This document shows positions 30,251 to 39,997 of a stretch of 64,000 nucleotides of DNA, piece after piece. This stretch comes from Nitrospiraceae bacterium (GTDB lineage: Bacteria; Nitrospirota; Nitrospiria; Nitrospirales; UBA2166): assembly GCA_002726235.1 (NCBI GenBank), contig PBSN01000002.1:83010-147009 (forward strand). Reading direction: 5' to 3'. The notes beneath the pieces are model-generated. The model had not been told where the DNA came from. It worked only from the letters and a program-made list of their open reading frames with translations, and did not search any database. A program made the position numbers and the translations under genes. How positions within the stretch are numbered: the first letter of the stretch is position 1; each line of letters starts with the position of its first letter.

Positions 30251-31326
30251 AGGATTTCTGAGCGGGTCAACTGCGTCATTTCATATTCTTCGCAGAGTCG
30301 ATCCCATATCCCAAGAGCTTCGGGCGTTGCTTCCGACGCGACGAACGCCCTTCGCTTGGCAAGTTCATCTTTCTCGGTTGCCCCTTGCGTTGGTGGTTCC
30401 CATCCATATTGTTTATAAATGTTCAACCCAATTCCATCTGCAATCAGTTTTCTAGGAACATTTTGCTTCTTCATTGCCCATCGGGTCCCTATATCAGCTT
30501 GCGTCCCAAGAAGAGACTCAATACGACGGATAAAGGGATCAGGATCAGTCACGAAGTGTTCGAATGGGACAATGACCAACCGACACCGATCGGATTCCGA
30601 CATGTGTTGGATCCTCGTCATCCCCAATTGCCATTGATTGCGAATGCCATAGATCGCACGGTCCATCCGGCCTGATTGCAAATAGAGATCCTCCCACCCC
30701 AACGCCATCCACGGAACCGCGTGTCCCTTATGATCAAGCCACACATCAAAAACGCGTGGATCAACCCCCTGCCGGGGAATCCACGCATACCATTGCTTAA
30801 TCATATAGAGGGGGTGTCGAAGTACTTCGATAAATGTCATCCGAGCCTGCAACGCCTGAAATAACGGTCCTGATACTCCTAGCAAATGGTGAGTAACTAG
30901 ATTTAGAATTGGCCGTTCTTCCCTAAGGCGTGGTATTACCGCTGCGTCACCGGACAGAAATAGGCGTTTCAAATAACGCCATGGTTTGGCATTATTCCAC
31001 ACGGATGAAAGATCGGAAAAGCGAAAATTCGTCTCACGGGCCATCATTCCGTGATACAGATCCAAATCCGTTCGCATGCGAATCATAGCGATGGCTGCGT
31101 CTTCAGTTATTTTTTTTAGAAAATGTAGAATGCAGACCGTCTCAAGGTCATAGTTGTACCGCATAAGTTCGGTCCCCGGGAGGCTGCCGATAATCGGAGA
31201 TAGCATGGTCTTGCCACAGCCAGCAAGGCCATTGACAATCACAATTCTCTCAGCAAGATATGGTTCTCTCGCTACTCGCGTCGCTGTGGTATCCGTCGCG
31301 TCATTGATGCAAAAAACCTGCTCCAC
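30247..31326 (-). CDS. Sulfotransferase-fold/P-loop protein
   Basis: IVIVNGLAGCGKTML (5'-PSB/P-loop-like), EVLRHPL (3'-PB-like), VPFEHFVTDP. Confidence 0.6.
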   Translation of the reverse strand: MEQVFCINDATDTTATRVAREPYLAERIVIVNGLAGCGKTMLSPIIGSLPGTELMRYNYDLETVCILHFLKKITEDAAIAMIRMRTDLDLYHGMMARETNFRFSDLSSVWNNAKPWRYLKRLFLSGDAAVIPRLREERPILNLVTHHLLGVSGPLFQALQARMTFIEVLRHPLYMIKQWYAWIPRQGVDPRVFDVWLDHKGHAVPWMALGWEDLYLQSGRMDRAIYGIRNQWQLGMTRIQHMSESDRCRLVIVPFEHFVTDPDPFIRRIESLLGTQADIGTRWAMKKQNVPRKLIADGIGLNIYKQYGWEPPTQGATEKDELAKRRAFVASEATPEALGIWDRLCEEYEMTQLTRSEIL

Positions 31327-31335
31327 AAAGTCTCC

Positions 31336-32376
31336 CTAAGTGATCGGACACCGCTCCACTGTTTGTCCCATCAACTCACTGAATGCTGGCTGCAGAACAC
31401 TGAACATGAATTCATGAGCGGTGTAGCAATCATGCAAGGTAGGCAAGTCACACATGCCATTAGACAGAATATCGCGCACAAACGCTTTACTCATGTGGCT
31501 AATACGCAAGTTTCCTTCAAACACAGTCGGACGCAGCACCCATCCCGTTTCGGCATTCGACTCAAACGCCAAGCGATTGGTATGATCGAGCACAAACCGA
31601 TATCGCTTCGAAGAAACAACGTAGATGTCGGAGGCCAAGTGATCGTGTGCATACGATACCGCCATTCTGCTCCCTTTTTCAGAACGAGCTTCTAGCGCCC
31701 CACTCAAATCAAATACGTGCTTGCCCCGTTTCGATGGATGGAGTGTTGGATCAATGTAAGTGGCTGTACTCGTTAGAGAGGAACATCGATCATAGAATGT
31801 AAAAAGATCAATGCTATGTATCCCGTTGACCGCAAGACCATGATTTCCTGCGGTAACAGAAAATTGAATCGGATCTTGAGGATCAAATTTCTCAATCGCT
31901 CTCTTGTGAAACGGGTATGCCCGAGTCTTGCAATTGATCCACATATTGATGTGTCGTTCTTCAGCTAGTGCAAGTAATCGTTTGTAATCAGCGAGCGATT
32001 GTGTGACCACTTTTTCGAGAAGAAACGATTGATAGCCTAGCTTCTTCACGACATCTCTCACGATCTCGTATCGTCCCTCCGCCTGGGTCGCAACGATACA
32101 CAATCCTCCTCCAAAAGAAGCTTCGTCGATACTCGTCAACCACCGAACCTCGCAAAGGGGGTTCAGATCGGAGATTGCAGTCAGTCTCTCCTGGCCAAGT
32201 TGTAAACTCTCTGCGCGCGGATCCACCACCTCAATTGCACACACCTCCGAAAGAGAAGCCACGGCCTGCAGATGCCGTGTTCCAATTTCCCCACTTCCCA
32301 CGACAAGCACACGCCCATTCAAATGATGTTGTGTGTTCGTCTCAAGCGGGCTTAAAACGCTCTTCACTGTCATCAA
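31336..32376 (-). CDS. Gfo/Idh/MocA-family oxidoreductase
   Basis: VVGSGEIGTRHLQA, IVAT, LLEKVV, NGIHSIDL. Confidence 0.82.
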   Translation of the reverse strand: MMTVKSVLSPLETNTQHHLNGRVLVVGSGEIGTRHLQAVASLSEVCAIEVVDPRAESLQLGQERLTAISDLNPLCEVRWLTSIDEASFGGGLCIVATQAEGRYEIVRDVVKKLGYQSFLLEKVVTQSLADYKRLLALAEERHINMWINCKTRAYPFHKRAIEKFDPQDPIQFSVTAGNHGLAVNGIHSIDLFTFYDRCSSLTSTATYIDPTLHPSKRGKHVFDLSGALEARSEKGSRMAVSYAHDHLASDIYVVSSKRYRFVLDHTNRLAFESNAETGWVLRPTVFEGNLRISHMSKAFVRDILSNGMCDLPTLHDCYTAHEFMFSVLQPAFSELMGQTVERCPIT

Positions 32377-33140
32377 TTTGGATGAACCTGCCCGGGAATT
32401 TCATGTTCAGACAACCAGGGAAGCCGAACCATCCCTGCCTTGACAAAAAGTTCTGCGCGCTCAAACTCCTCCCGCGTATCAACCGAGATCGCTGAAAAAT
32501 CCGCGACCTCATACATAAGGTGTTTTCCACGTTTCCTCCACTCAAATTTTTCTCGCCTCATGAATTCTGTGCGCCAAATATACAGTGTGCCATTCACGCG
32601 ATATACCACTGGGACATCCTGACGCCGATGATAGTTGCTCCCTTCGGAAATTAAATCGGTCATCCACCCATCACGCTCAATGACAGAATGCCAAATCGGG
32701 CTAAAGTCAGGTTCAGAAATGCCAATGATGCCATCGGCCGAAGATTTTGCTCTGAGACGGTGAAATGCTTGGACGACATCAATCGGCAACCGACAGGGCG
32801 TGGTGGGATCTAAAAGAAGCACAAACTCGAATTGCCTACCATCCCGCGACTCTATCTCTTCCAATGTATGGCGAAGCACAGGCCATAAAGGAGTCTCGTC
32901 CTGTGCCAATTCTGCAGGACGCATGAATGGAACTTCGGCCCCAAACTTACGCGCCACATCAGCAATCTCAGGAGCATCAGTTGATACCACGATGCGCTCT
33001 ACTTCAGCACAGGCTTGCGCCAGGAGAATGGAATGCGCAATGAGCGGCAACCCAATGAAGGGTCGAATGTTTTTTCCTGGTAATCCTTTGGAACCACCAC
33101 GTGCTGGAATAATAGCGAGCAATCCTTCGGAAGCATTCAT
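32373..33140 (-). CDS. neuA: Acylneuraminate cytidylyltransferase (NeuA/LegF/ElaB-like)
   Basis: IPARGGSKGLPGKN, VSTD, RPAELAQD, PTTPCR, RRQD, NGTLY, VDTREEF. Confidence 0.92.
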   Translation of the reverse strand: MNASEGLLAIIPARGGSKGLPGKNIRPFIGLPLIAHSILLAQACAEVERIVVSTDAPEIADVARKFGAEVPFMRPAELAQDETPLWPVLRHTLEEIESRDGRQFEFVLLLDPTTPCRLPIDVVQAFHRLRAKSSADGIIGISEPDFSPIWHSVIERDGWMTDLISEGSNYHRRQDVPVVYRVNGTLYIWRTEFMRREKFEWRKRGKHLMYEVADFSAISVDTREEFERAELFVKAGMVRLPWLSEHEIPGQVHPN

Positions 33141-34126
33141 TTATACATAACCCGTTCTTCTCTATTACTCTGCGTCGCACGCCAAGCGGCGTCACATACC
33201 GCAAGAGCTTTTACACCATCCGCTCCTGTAGCCAAACGTGTGTCCCATGAACCCTCACATGATGCGAGAAAACTATCCATTTGTTCGACAAAGATCTCAT
33301 CGCAAACATGGCTCAACTGCTGTTGTTTCATCAATCCATCTCGCTGAATGCTCACGGTATTCGCAACACCATCCCATTCCAGAGTCCCTTGCTCACCATA
33401 TGCGGCCATTCGTCGTCGCGTCGGCTTCGACAGGTAATCAAGCCGTATCGATACCACACCACCACCATAAACTTCCCAAAACAAATCCGCGGTCTCGTCG
33501 GACATGATTGCAAGACGCCCGAGATTCTTGACACGAGCCTGCAGGGCTGTTGGCCACCCGAAAATCCAGCCTGCGTAGTCGATCTCATGGATCAAATCAC
33601 GCAGCACTCCCCCCTCTGCTGACCTTCCTGAATATGACTCCTTATATGGGCGAGACGGGCGCCAGTCAGGCAAATATGACTGACATTCGATGCGAACAGC
33701 ATGAATCATTCCGATCTCACCAAGCATTTCACGAAATCTGTTAAGCGACTTTGAGAAACGCAGAACACATCCAACAAAGACATTTCGGCCAAGTTTTGTT
33801 GCGGCCTCCATCAGACATTTGGCCTCACCGACATCCGTGGATAACGGTTTTTCAACCAGTACATCCATTCCATGCTCCATCGCGGTAACGCCATCTCTCA
33901 GATGCTCCGCAGTATCTGAAGCAATGACACACAATCGCGTCCCAAGTTTTCTCGCTTCCTCAACGCTATGAACGGCCATATATCCCGAGTCTTGTAGCAC
34001 AAAGACTCTCTCAGATCGTTTTGGAATAGCGACCGGCTGAACAGTCACAACGCCGCTCAGAACGTTCAAGTGACGCATCCCGATGCTTCCCGTTCCAACA
34101 ACAGCCACCGGAACTCTGTCTGCCAT
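33137..34126 (-). CDS. Gfo/Idh/MocA-family oxidoreductase (ElaA/PtmF-like)
   Basis: GTGSIGMRH, VEKPL, SYLPDWRP.RPYKESYS, GGVLRDLIHEIDY. Confidence 0.88.
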   Translation of the reverse strand: MADRVPVAVVGTGSIGMRHLNVLSGVVTVQPVAIPKRSERVFVLQDSGYMAVHSVEEARKLGTRLCVIASDTAEHLRDGVTAMEHGMDVLVEKPLSTDVGEAKCLMEAATKLGRNVFVGCVLRFSKSLNRFREMLGEIGMIHAVRIECQSYLPDWRPSRPYKESYSGRSAEGGVLRDLIHEIDYAGWIFGWPTALQARVKNLGRLAIMSDETADLFWEVYGGGVVSIRLDYLSKPTRRRMAAYGEQGTLEWDGVANTVSIQRDGLMKQQQLSHVCDEIFVEQMDSFLASCEGSWDTRLATGADGVKALAVCDAAWRATQSNREERVMYK

Positions 34127-34128
34127 GG

Positions 34129-34845
34129 CTAGAGTTGCCCACCATTCACATCAAGCACAGCCCCAGTGATATACGATGCCGCCTCACTCACTAAGAAACA
34201 AATGGTCTGGGCCACCTCCTTAGGCTCTGCTAATCTACGTAACGGAACCGCCGTCGAAAGTGCGTCAATCTGTTCTTGCGCGACATTCGCGAGCAACATC
34301 TCTGACTTCGTGTGTGACGGGGACACACAGTTGATCGTAATGCCATCTTGCCCAAAGCTCGAAGCGAGCTGCCGAGTCAACCCAATTACACCATATTTTG
34401 AACACGTGTATGGAAGTGATGCCGTCCTACTATATGACCGTCCTGCAATCGAAGAAATGTTCACAATCCGACCGTACTTGTGACGTTGCATGATAGGGAT
34501 CGCATATTTACAGCAGAGGTATGTACCGATCAAATTCGTTTGAAGAATCGTCTCCCACTCTTCTATCTGATGCGTCAAAGGATCCGTAGCTGGTGATGCA
34601 ATACCTGCACAGTTAACAAGAATATCTAATCTTCCAAATTGCAACGCAAGATCGCGGAACACAGCCATGACTGCGTGTTCGTCTCGGACATCACAGCATC
34701 GGGTACTGTCGGTATTCTCAAGACGTCGCGCGAGGCTTATTGTGAAGACCCCTTCGTTTTGAAGCAGAGTGGCCGTAGCACGTCCAATGCCACTTGAAGC
34801 CCCAACCACAACCGCAACACGATGGCCATTACCGATAGTAGACAT
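34129..34845 (-). CDS. Classical SDR oxidoreductase
   Basis: GASSGIG, LVNCAG, NISS, YTCSK, ITGAVLDVNGG. Start at ATG 34845. Confidence 0.9.
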   Translation of the reverse strand: MSTIGNGHRVAVVVGASSGIGRATATLLQNEGVFTISLARRLENTDSTRCCDVRDEHAVMAVFRDLALQFGRLDILVNCAGIASPATDPLTHQIEEWETILQTNLIGTYLCCKYAIPIMQRHKYGRIVNISSIAGRSYSRTASLPYTCSKYGVIGLTRQLASSFGQDGITINCVSPSHTKSEMLLANVAQEQIDALSTAVPLRRLAEPKEVAQTICFLVSEAASYITGAVLDVNGGQL

Positions 34846-36001
34846 GTTCCATGTCCCGCGCACCACAGGCGAGACGAATTCCTGCTAACTCGCTGGTACA
34901 CACAATACTATGCACAACGCCTTGTGGAAGGCACACAATGTCAGATGGTCCCGCCGTGATCACACTTCCATCATCTAGACGCCATTCGAACTCCCCTTCC
35001 AAGACCACCCACCACTCATCATGCGTCACATGACAATGCTTCCGTGCTCCCTCTCCAGGCTCCTGACAAATCAGTGCAATCTGATCAGTTCCGGTGTAGA
35101 CGAGTAGATACAACCATGGGGCTGACCCCATTTGATTCTTGATCACGTCAAGGTTTCGAAGCTTCAGGTTTGCACCTGAATCGACAAACTTAGTGACTCC
35201 ATCTCGTCCGATCAGTTCTTCAAGTTCATGTTCAATCCCCACCACCTTATCACTAAACTTGTGCGCGCCGAGTTTTACATTTTGCCGTCTCAGTTGCAGT
35301 GCTGCCTCAATCAAATACAAGTCATCCCAATCGTCGGCATCAAGAGCTTGGACTCGGTCAACAGGAAATCGGCCTATTTTCCCACAAAATGTCGGCCCTG
35401 TATCATCATGACTATCCAGACGATACGAGTGAAGAAAGGAAGAACTCTTCCATCCTGAAAGCGCCCACGTAATCAATTGTAGTGGGCGGAGGGTTTGGGT
35501 GGGAATCTTATTTGACAAAGAAAAGTTCAATGGTTTTCCGTCAAAAAATGTCTCCGCATACCGCTCTTCGATAGAAAACAAGGAATCATAGCCATCGGCC
35601 TCAAGTATGCGCACGAATTCCTTAATCGTCTCCGCACGCAAAAGAGGAGATGTAGTATGCACCAATGCGAGATAGGCTGGGTCCATCTGCTCCATGAAGT
35701 CATAGAGAAAATGATCGTGGGTCTGACATCTCTGACCGGAACATTGACGGGATTTGTTGTGCATCGTACATGCAGATCCACCACGCTCCGGAGCCCGTTG
35801 ATAGAACTTCACCCCAATCATTTTGGCCATTTTCTCCACAATGTCATGCTCTGAGTTCAAATAAATCTCATCAAATGCCCCGGCCTTTTGACAAGCACGA
35901 GCAACGTAGAATGCCATAGGATATCCATCAACAAGCAGTAGATTCTTGTCAGGAATTCTTGTACTCCCCAGCAAGACCGGGATGAGAGCAACTTTTTTCA
36001 T
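34829..36001 (-). CDS. NeuA-like cytidylyltransferase fused to a C-terminal cupin
   Basis: IPVLLGSTRIPDKN, TSPLL, TQTL, LDADDWDDL. Cupin HCHVTHDEWWVVLEG...GVVHSI. Confidence 0.8.
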   Translation of the reverse strand: MKKVALIPVLLGSTRIPDKNLLLVDGYPMAFYVARACQKAGAFDEIYLNSEHDIVEKMAKMIGVKFYQRAPERGGSACTMHNKSRQCSGQRCQTHDHFLYDFMEQMDPAYLALVHTTSPLLRAETIKEFVRILEADGYDSLFSIEERYAETFFDGKPLNFSLSNKIPTQTLRPLQLITWALSGWKSSSFLHSYRLDSHDDTGPTFCGKIGRFPVDRVQALDADDWDDLYLIEAALQLRRQNVKLGAHKFSDKVVGIEHELEELIGRDGVTKFVDSGANLKLRNLDVIKNQMGSAPWLYLLVYTGTDQIALICQEPGEGARKHCHVTHDEWWVVLEGEFEWRLDDGSVITAGPSDIVCLPQGVVHSIVCTSELAGIRLACGARDMEHVYYR

Positions 36002-36053
36002 TGGCCATTTTTCCTTTTCATTATCAATTCCTTCTCTCCGCTATAGAAGATCG

Positions 36054-36542
36054 TTATAGAGGGGAACTCTCGCCACTCAGCATCACACGATCAACAGTCG
36101 CTTTAATTACCAGTTTCCTTATTTGGCAGGCAGCACCACTCATCAACTGCGGCATATGAGCATCCTGCGGGAAGAATGCCGCAAACAATCCCGGCTTAAG
36201 CACAATTTCTGCCGCAGAATCCGCAGGAAGATTGTAAAAAACAACGTCACGATCACTGTCATAGCTAGTTCTTGGAGTCAGCGTTCTAGTTGGCCAAATC
36301 GCGATAGCCTCTTCACCATCCAATACGATCTGAATATCAACATACGTCCGATGGGACTCTAGAATTGCGTCTTCCCGACGACCAGTGAAACACGTCATGA
36401 CTCTGGCGAACATTTCCTTCCCAACAATCGAGTGTTCCCCATCAGACAATGTGGGAGCGACGTCGACAACAAATTCATTCACCCTGTCCCACCAAGGTAA
36501 AGAAAAATAACATCGGGCATTCTCTATTGTGTCAAAGATCAT
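36054..36542 (-). CDS. YhcH/YjgK/YiaL-family protein (NanQ-like sugar-acid anomerase)
   Basis: MIFD, ESHRTYVDIQ, GEE, YD..RD, FFPQDAHMP, KLVIK. Confidence 0.88.
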   Translation of the reverse strand: MIFDTIENARCYFSLPWWDRVNEFVVDVAPTLSDGEHSIVGKEMFARVMTCFTGRREDAILESHRTYVDIQIVLDGEEAIAIWPTRTLTPRTSYDSDRDVVFYNLPADSAAEIVLKPGLFAAFFPQDAHMPQLMSGAACQIRKLVIKATVDRVMLSGESSPL

Positions 36543-36621
36543 GCCTGCCTCTCCAAGTTATGAGTTGGTAGCAACTTAGGAAACGGATGACTACGGAATG
36601 CGAGAAGAAGCAAACGTAGGC

Positions 36622-37185
36622 TTATGACGCAGGGTACTCAGCTTTCCCAATAATTAGATCACACACAGCTAATAGCCATATCTGGTGGGTCATCTCGACA
36701 ATATTGTAGGCATGGCTATCGACCCAAAAATTTAGTTTGCCTCGTATTTTCAATGCATTATCAGGGGCAAAACCTGTAAATGTCACGAGCATGAGATTCT
36801 GATGGATAGCGTATTCAGCAGCCCGGATCATATTAGAAGATTTTCCGCTTGAGCTGATAAGCACTAGCAGGTCTCCAACATCTACATATGATTCCAATGC
36901 TTTTTCTATCCAATATTCATAACCGTAATCATTGGCGAGACACGTAATCAATCCTGATTCATTAAAATTCACACACCGAATGCGTGCATTCTTGGTGAAG
37001 TCAACAGTACAGTGACTTGCAATTGCCGCGCTGCCTCCATTACCCACAATTATCGTCTTGCGGTGCGCCGCATGCGTCGCTGTCATAAGTTCTTTTAGCT
37101 GGATCAGTTGCGAGGAAACATCGGTATCGAGAAGTGCTTCACGATATCGCGCAAAGTACGAACTGAGAAATTGATGATCGCTCAT
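36622..37185 (-). CDS. gmhA: SIS-domain phosphoheptose isomerase
   Basis: GNGGSAAIASH, TCLANDYGY, ISSSGKSSN, TGF, VEMTHQ. Confidence 0.82.
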   Translation of the reverse strand: MSDHQFLSSYFARYREALLDTDVSSQLIQLKELMTATHAAHRKTIIVGNGGSAAIASHCTVDFTKNARIRCVNFNESGLITCLANDYGYEYWIEKALESYVDVGDLLVLISSSGKSSNMIRAAEYAIHQNLMLVTFTGFAPDNALKIRGKLNFWVDSHAYNIVEMTHQIWLLAVCDLIIGKAEYPAS

Positions 37186-37196
37186 TAGAATCGTTG

Positions 37197-38183
37197 TTAT
37201 GCGTGGCGGTAGATTTTATCCATCACACGCATAAGTTCCAATGCAGCCTGAGAGCTCCCAACCTCCACCGGTGTTTTTTTTTCAATCGCTTGCAAAAAAT
37301 GTTCAATCTCAGACCGCCATGAGTTGTTGACCTCAAAACGAACATGTTCTTCATCACTCCACATGGCTGCTGGAGCGCGTGTTCTGTTCTTGGCAATGGT
37401 CATCGCCTCCTCCCCATACGCACCCGAAGAGGTCAGAAGCCCATTAATAACGATGTAGCCTTTTTCCAAAAACATTTCCAGTGAAAACAAGTGCCTCCAC
37501 TGAGTCATCGTCGAATGTAGGGATGCAACAACACCTTTGTCATTGCGAAGAATTGCAAATACATTGTCCTCGACGTCCAACTTCCAGTAGACATTTGAAA
37601 CATAAGCACTGACGTCACTAAACTCTCCTGCCATCATCAGAAATAGGTCAACCATGTGAATGCCCTGGTCCATCAATATTCCGCCACCCGCAAGCTCTTT
37701 CTTAGCTCGCCAGCTGTGATAGAAGCTCTGGTCGACACTCTTACCATAGCGTCCACGCATCCATAACAATCGTCCATGTGATTCCGAATCAATCAATTCC
37801 TTTGCGAGCTTGATGCTATCGTGATGCCGATGGTTGAATCCGTACATCAAGATCATCCCAGCAGACGCCTGCTCAGCGACAATGATCTCTTCGACATCTC
37901 GAGCTGAAAATGCCGGAGGCTTCTCGCAAAATACATGTTTTCCTGCAGCCAATGCGTGCAGGGTCAGTGGTTTGTTTAAATAGTTTGGGGTGCAGATAAT
38001 GACGGCATCAACATCGGGAGAAGAGATGAGCATCTGAGGATCGGAATGCCAGCGGACAGCGGGAAGATCGCCTGGTTGTTCCGGATCAGCGATTGCGACG
38101 ACTCTCGCTCGACTATTTTCGCCTATCGCGTCATAGCGAATACGGCCCATTTTCCCAAACCCTATGATGCCAACGTCGATCAT
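37197..38183 (-). CDS. Gfo/Idh/MocA-family oxidoreductase
   Basis: GFGKMG, HVFCEKPP, GFNHRHH, RGRYGK, GGGILMDQGIHMVDL. Start at ATG 38183. Confidence 0.9.
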   Translation of the reverse strand: MIDVGIIGFGKMGRIRYDAIGENSRARVVAIADPEQPGDLPAVRWHSDPQMLISSPDVDAVIICTPNYLNKPLTLHALAAGKHVFCEKPPAFSARDVEEIIVAEQASAGMILMYGFNHRHHDSIKLAKELIDSESHGRLLWMRGRYGKSVDQSFYHSWRAKKELAGGGILMDQGIHMVDLFLMMAGEFSDVSAYVSNVYWKLDVEDNVFAILRNDKGVVASLHSTMTQWRHLFSLEMFLEKGYIVINGLLTSSGAYGEEAMTIAKNRTRAPAAMWSDEEHVRFEVNNSWRSEIEHFLQAIEKKTPVEVGSSQAALELMRVMDKIYRHA

Positions 38184-38184
38184 T

Positions 38185-39279
38185 TTATGAGCTAGTCTCG
38201 GCATGATACCCAACCCGACGAGCATGCAGAAACCCAAAAAATCCGCGGCAGATCTCATGGAGATAACTGTTGTTTGGATAACGATCCTTGAACACCTGCC
38301 CGGGACTCCGCAGAAGAATCAACGCGAGATCTGATCCGACATTCTTTTTGTCTCGTGAAAGTGCGACAAAAAACCGATCCTCAGGGATTCGTATCTGTTC
38401 AAATCCCGCGTAATTCTCAGCCAAAACGACATGTAACTCTTCATACACATCCTGTCCGGCTAAACCGAATTTCCACGAAATATAGTTAGCCATATCCATG
38501 CCAATGGTCACGGCGATTCCATGAGGAATCGCATAGTCCGTCGCACTCTCGATGGCGTGCCCAAAACTATGTCCGTAGTTCATGACAAGACGCTCATCGC
38601 GGTCAAACTCATCCGCTTCAATTTTCAGTTTCTTAATTTCAAGCGAGCGACGAATATAGTGCTCAAGGGTGTGACGATCCGTAAGAAGCTTTTGATAATC
38701 AGCCGCAATAGCCCGCACATCGTCCCACCCTGAAATAGCGTGAACCTTGATCATTTCCCCGATGCCAGATCTAATATCAACAGCTTCGAGTGTATTCAAT
38801 ACATCTGTTGAAATCCGGATGTCCCGAGGTGGAGCGAAAGTCCCCATTTGATTCTTATATTGTCCAACGTTAATCGATGATTTCGACCCAATGCAACTAT
38901 CAGCCTGTGCCAGCAATGTCGTTGGATAGAAACACCACGCGAGCCCACGAAACAACGTCGCCGCAATAAATGAGGTGATATCTTGTATGATTCCACCGCC
39001 CACAGCAATCAAGAGATGATCTCGCTTGATCCCATTCGCCAACAATTGCATCACATAAGAAGGAATCTGTTCGAGCGACTTATTCGTTTCAGTCGCCTCG
39101 ATACGAATAACCGACCCACAAGTCAGTGCGAGTTTTAAATCCTCTGCATATAATTCGGCAACCCGCGCGTCAATTATGAGATGGGAGTTCTCGCTCAACC
39201 CGGATTCGAGCCCAACAAACATCTCCCCGAACTGGACTTTGTATGGCCCGGCATGCGATTGAATTACGAGATCAGGCAC
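38185..39279 (-). CDS. 3-dehydroquinate-synthase-like sugar-phosphate cyclase (AroB-related)
   Basis: GGGIIQDI, PTTLLAQADSCIGSKSSIN, KNQMGTF, GEMIK, DEFD, NYGHSFGHAIE, HGIAV, DKKN. GTG start at 39279 overlaps the SDR stop. Confidence 0.88.
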   Translation of the reverse strand: MPDLVIQSHAGPYKVQFGEMFVGLESGLSENSHLIIDARVAELYAEDLKLALTCGSVIRIEATETNKSLEQIPSYVMQLLANGIKRDHLLIAVGGGIIQDITSFIAATLFRGLAWCFYPTTLLAQADSCIGSKSSINVGQYKNQMGTFAPPRDIRISTDVLNTLEAVDIRSGIGEMIKVHAISGWDDVRAIAADYQKLLTDRHTLEHYIRRSLEIKKLKIEADEFDRDERLVMNYGHSFGHAIESATDYAIPHGIAVTIGMDMANYISWKFGLAGQDVYEELHVVLAENYAGFEQIRIPEDRFFVALSRDKKNVGSDLALILLRSPGQVFKDRYPNNSYLHEICRGFFGFLHARRVGYHAETSS

Positions 39280-39979
39280 TGGTATACCCGCCATCGACAA
39301 TAACATGCTGACCTGTCATATACGAATTATCCTCGCTCACTAAAAAACGTACGAAGCGTGCGATTTCACCGGGGAGGGCAAGTCGACCCATGGGGACACT
39401 CGCGATAATCGTCTCGATTCCTTTAGCACCCAGAATACGACGCGTCAGTTCTGTATCAACAAATCCAGGAGCTACACAATTGACCAAAACATTGTCAGCA
39501 GCCACTTCAAGTGCAAGCGCTCGACTCAACCCTAGCAGCGCAAACTTACTGGTCGAGTACGCAGCACGCTCGGCCTTACTCACAACACCAAAGACAGATG
39601 TGATATTGACAATCCGCCCGAAACGCCCTTTACGCATCCCCGACACTGCAGCCTGACATATCCTATACGGAGCCGTTACGTTAACCCGTTGAATTCGATC
39701 GAAGTCCTCCATCGTGTAGTCCTCAAACGAGCCAATCTTATTGATCCCCGCATTGTTCACCAGCACCCCAACATCAAGGCCAGCTACGGTATCGACAAAA
39801 CAAGACAACGCAGAAGAATCTTCGAAATCACAACACAGATAGCTACTACCTTTCGGTCCATGGCCATCAGGCGTGGTTCCACTGACAAAGACTTCATAGC
39901 CAGCCTCTAGGAGAGCAGAAGCTGTAGCTTCTCCTATCCCACGGGTACCACCCGTCACTAACGCTCGCGTAGGCTTCAT
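39272..39979 (-). CDS. Classical SDR oxidoreductase (FabG-like)
   Basis: TGGTRGIG, LVNNAG, YSTSK, NCVAPGFVDT, TGQHVIVDGG. Confidence 0.9.
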   Translation of the reverse strand: MKPTRALVTGGTRGIGEATASALLEAGYEVFVSGTTPDGHGPKGSSYLCCDFEDSSALSCFVDTVAGLDVGVLVNNAGINKIGSFEDYTMEDFDRIQRVNVTAPYRICQAAVSGMRKGRFGRIVNITSVFGVVSKAERAAYSTSKFALLGLSRALALEVAADNVLVNCVAPGFVDTELTRRILGAKGIETIIASVPMGRLALPGEIARFVRFLVSEDNSYMTGQHVIVDGGYTSA

Positions 39980-39997
39980 GGGGGAAGTGATCCAGGA

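Noticed and set aside
38185..39279. Housekeeping aroB, or a mycosporine (DDGS) cluster
   Set aside because: No aroK or other shikimate genes and no O-methyltransferase/ATP-grasp partners are adjacent, and the motifs deviate from AroB
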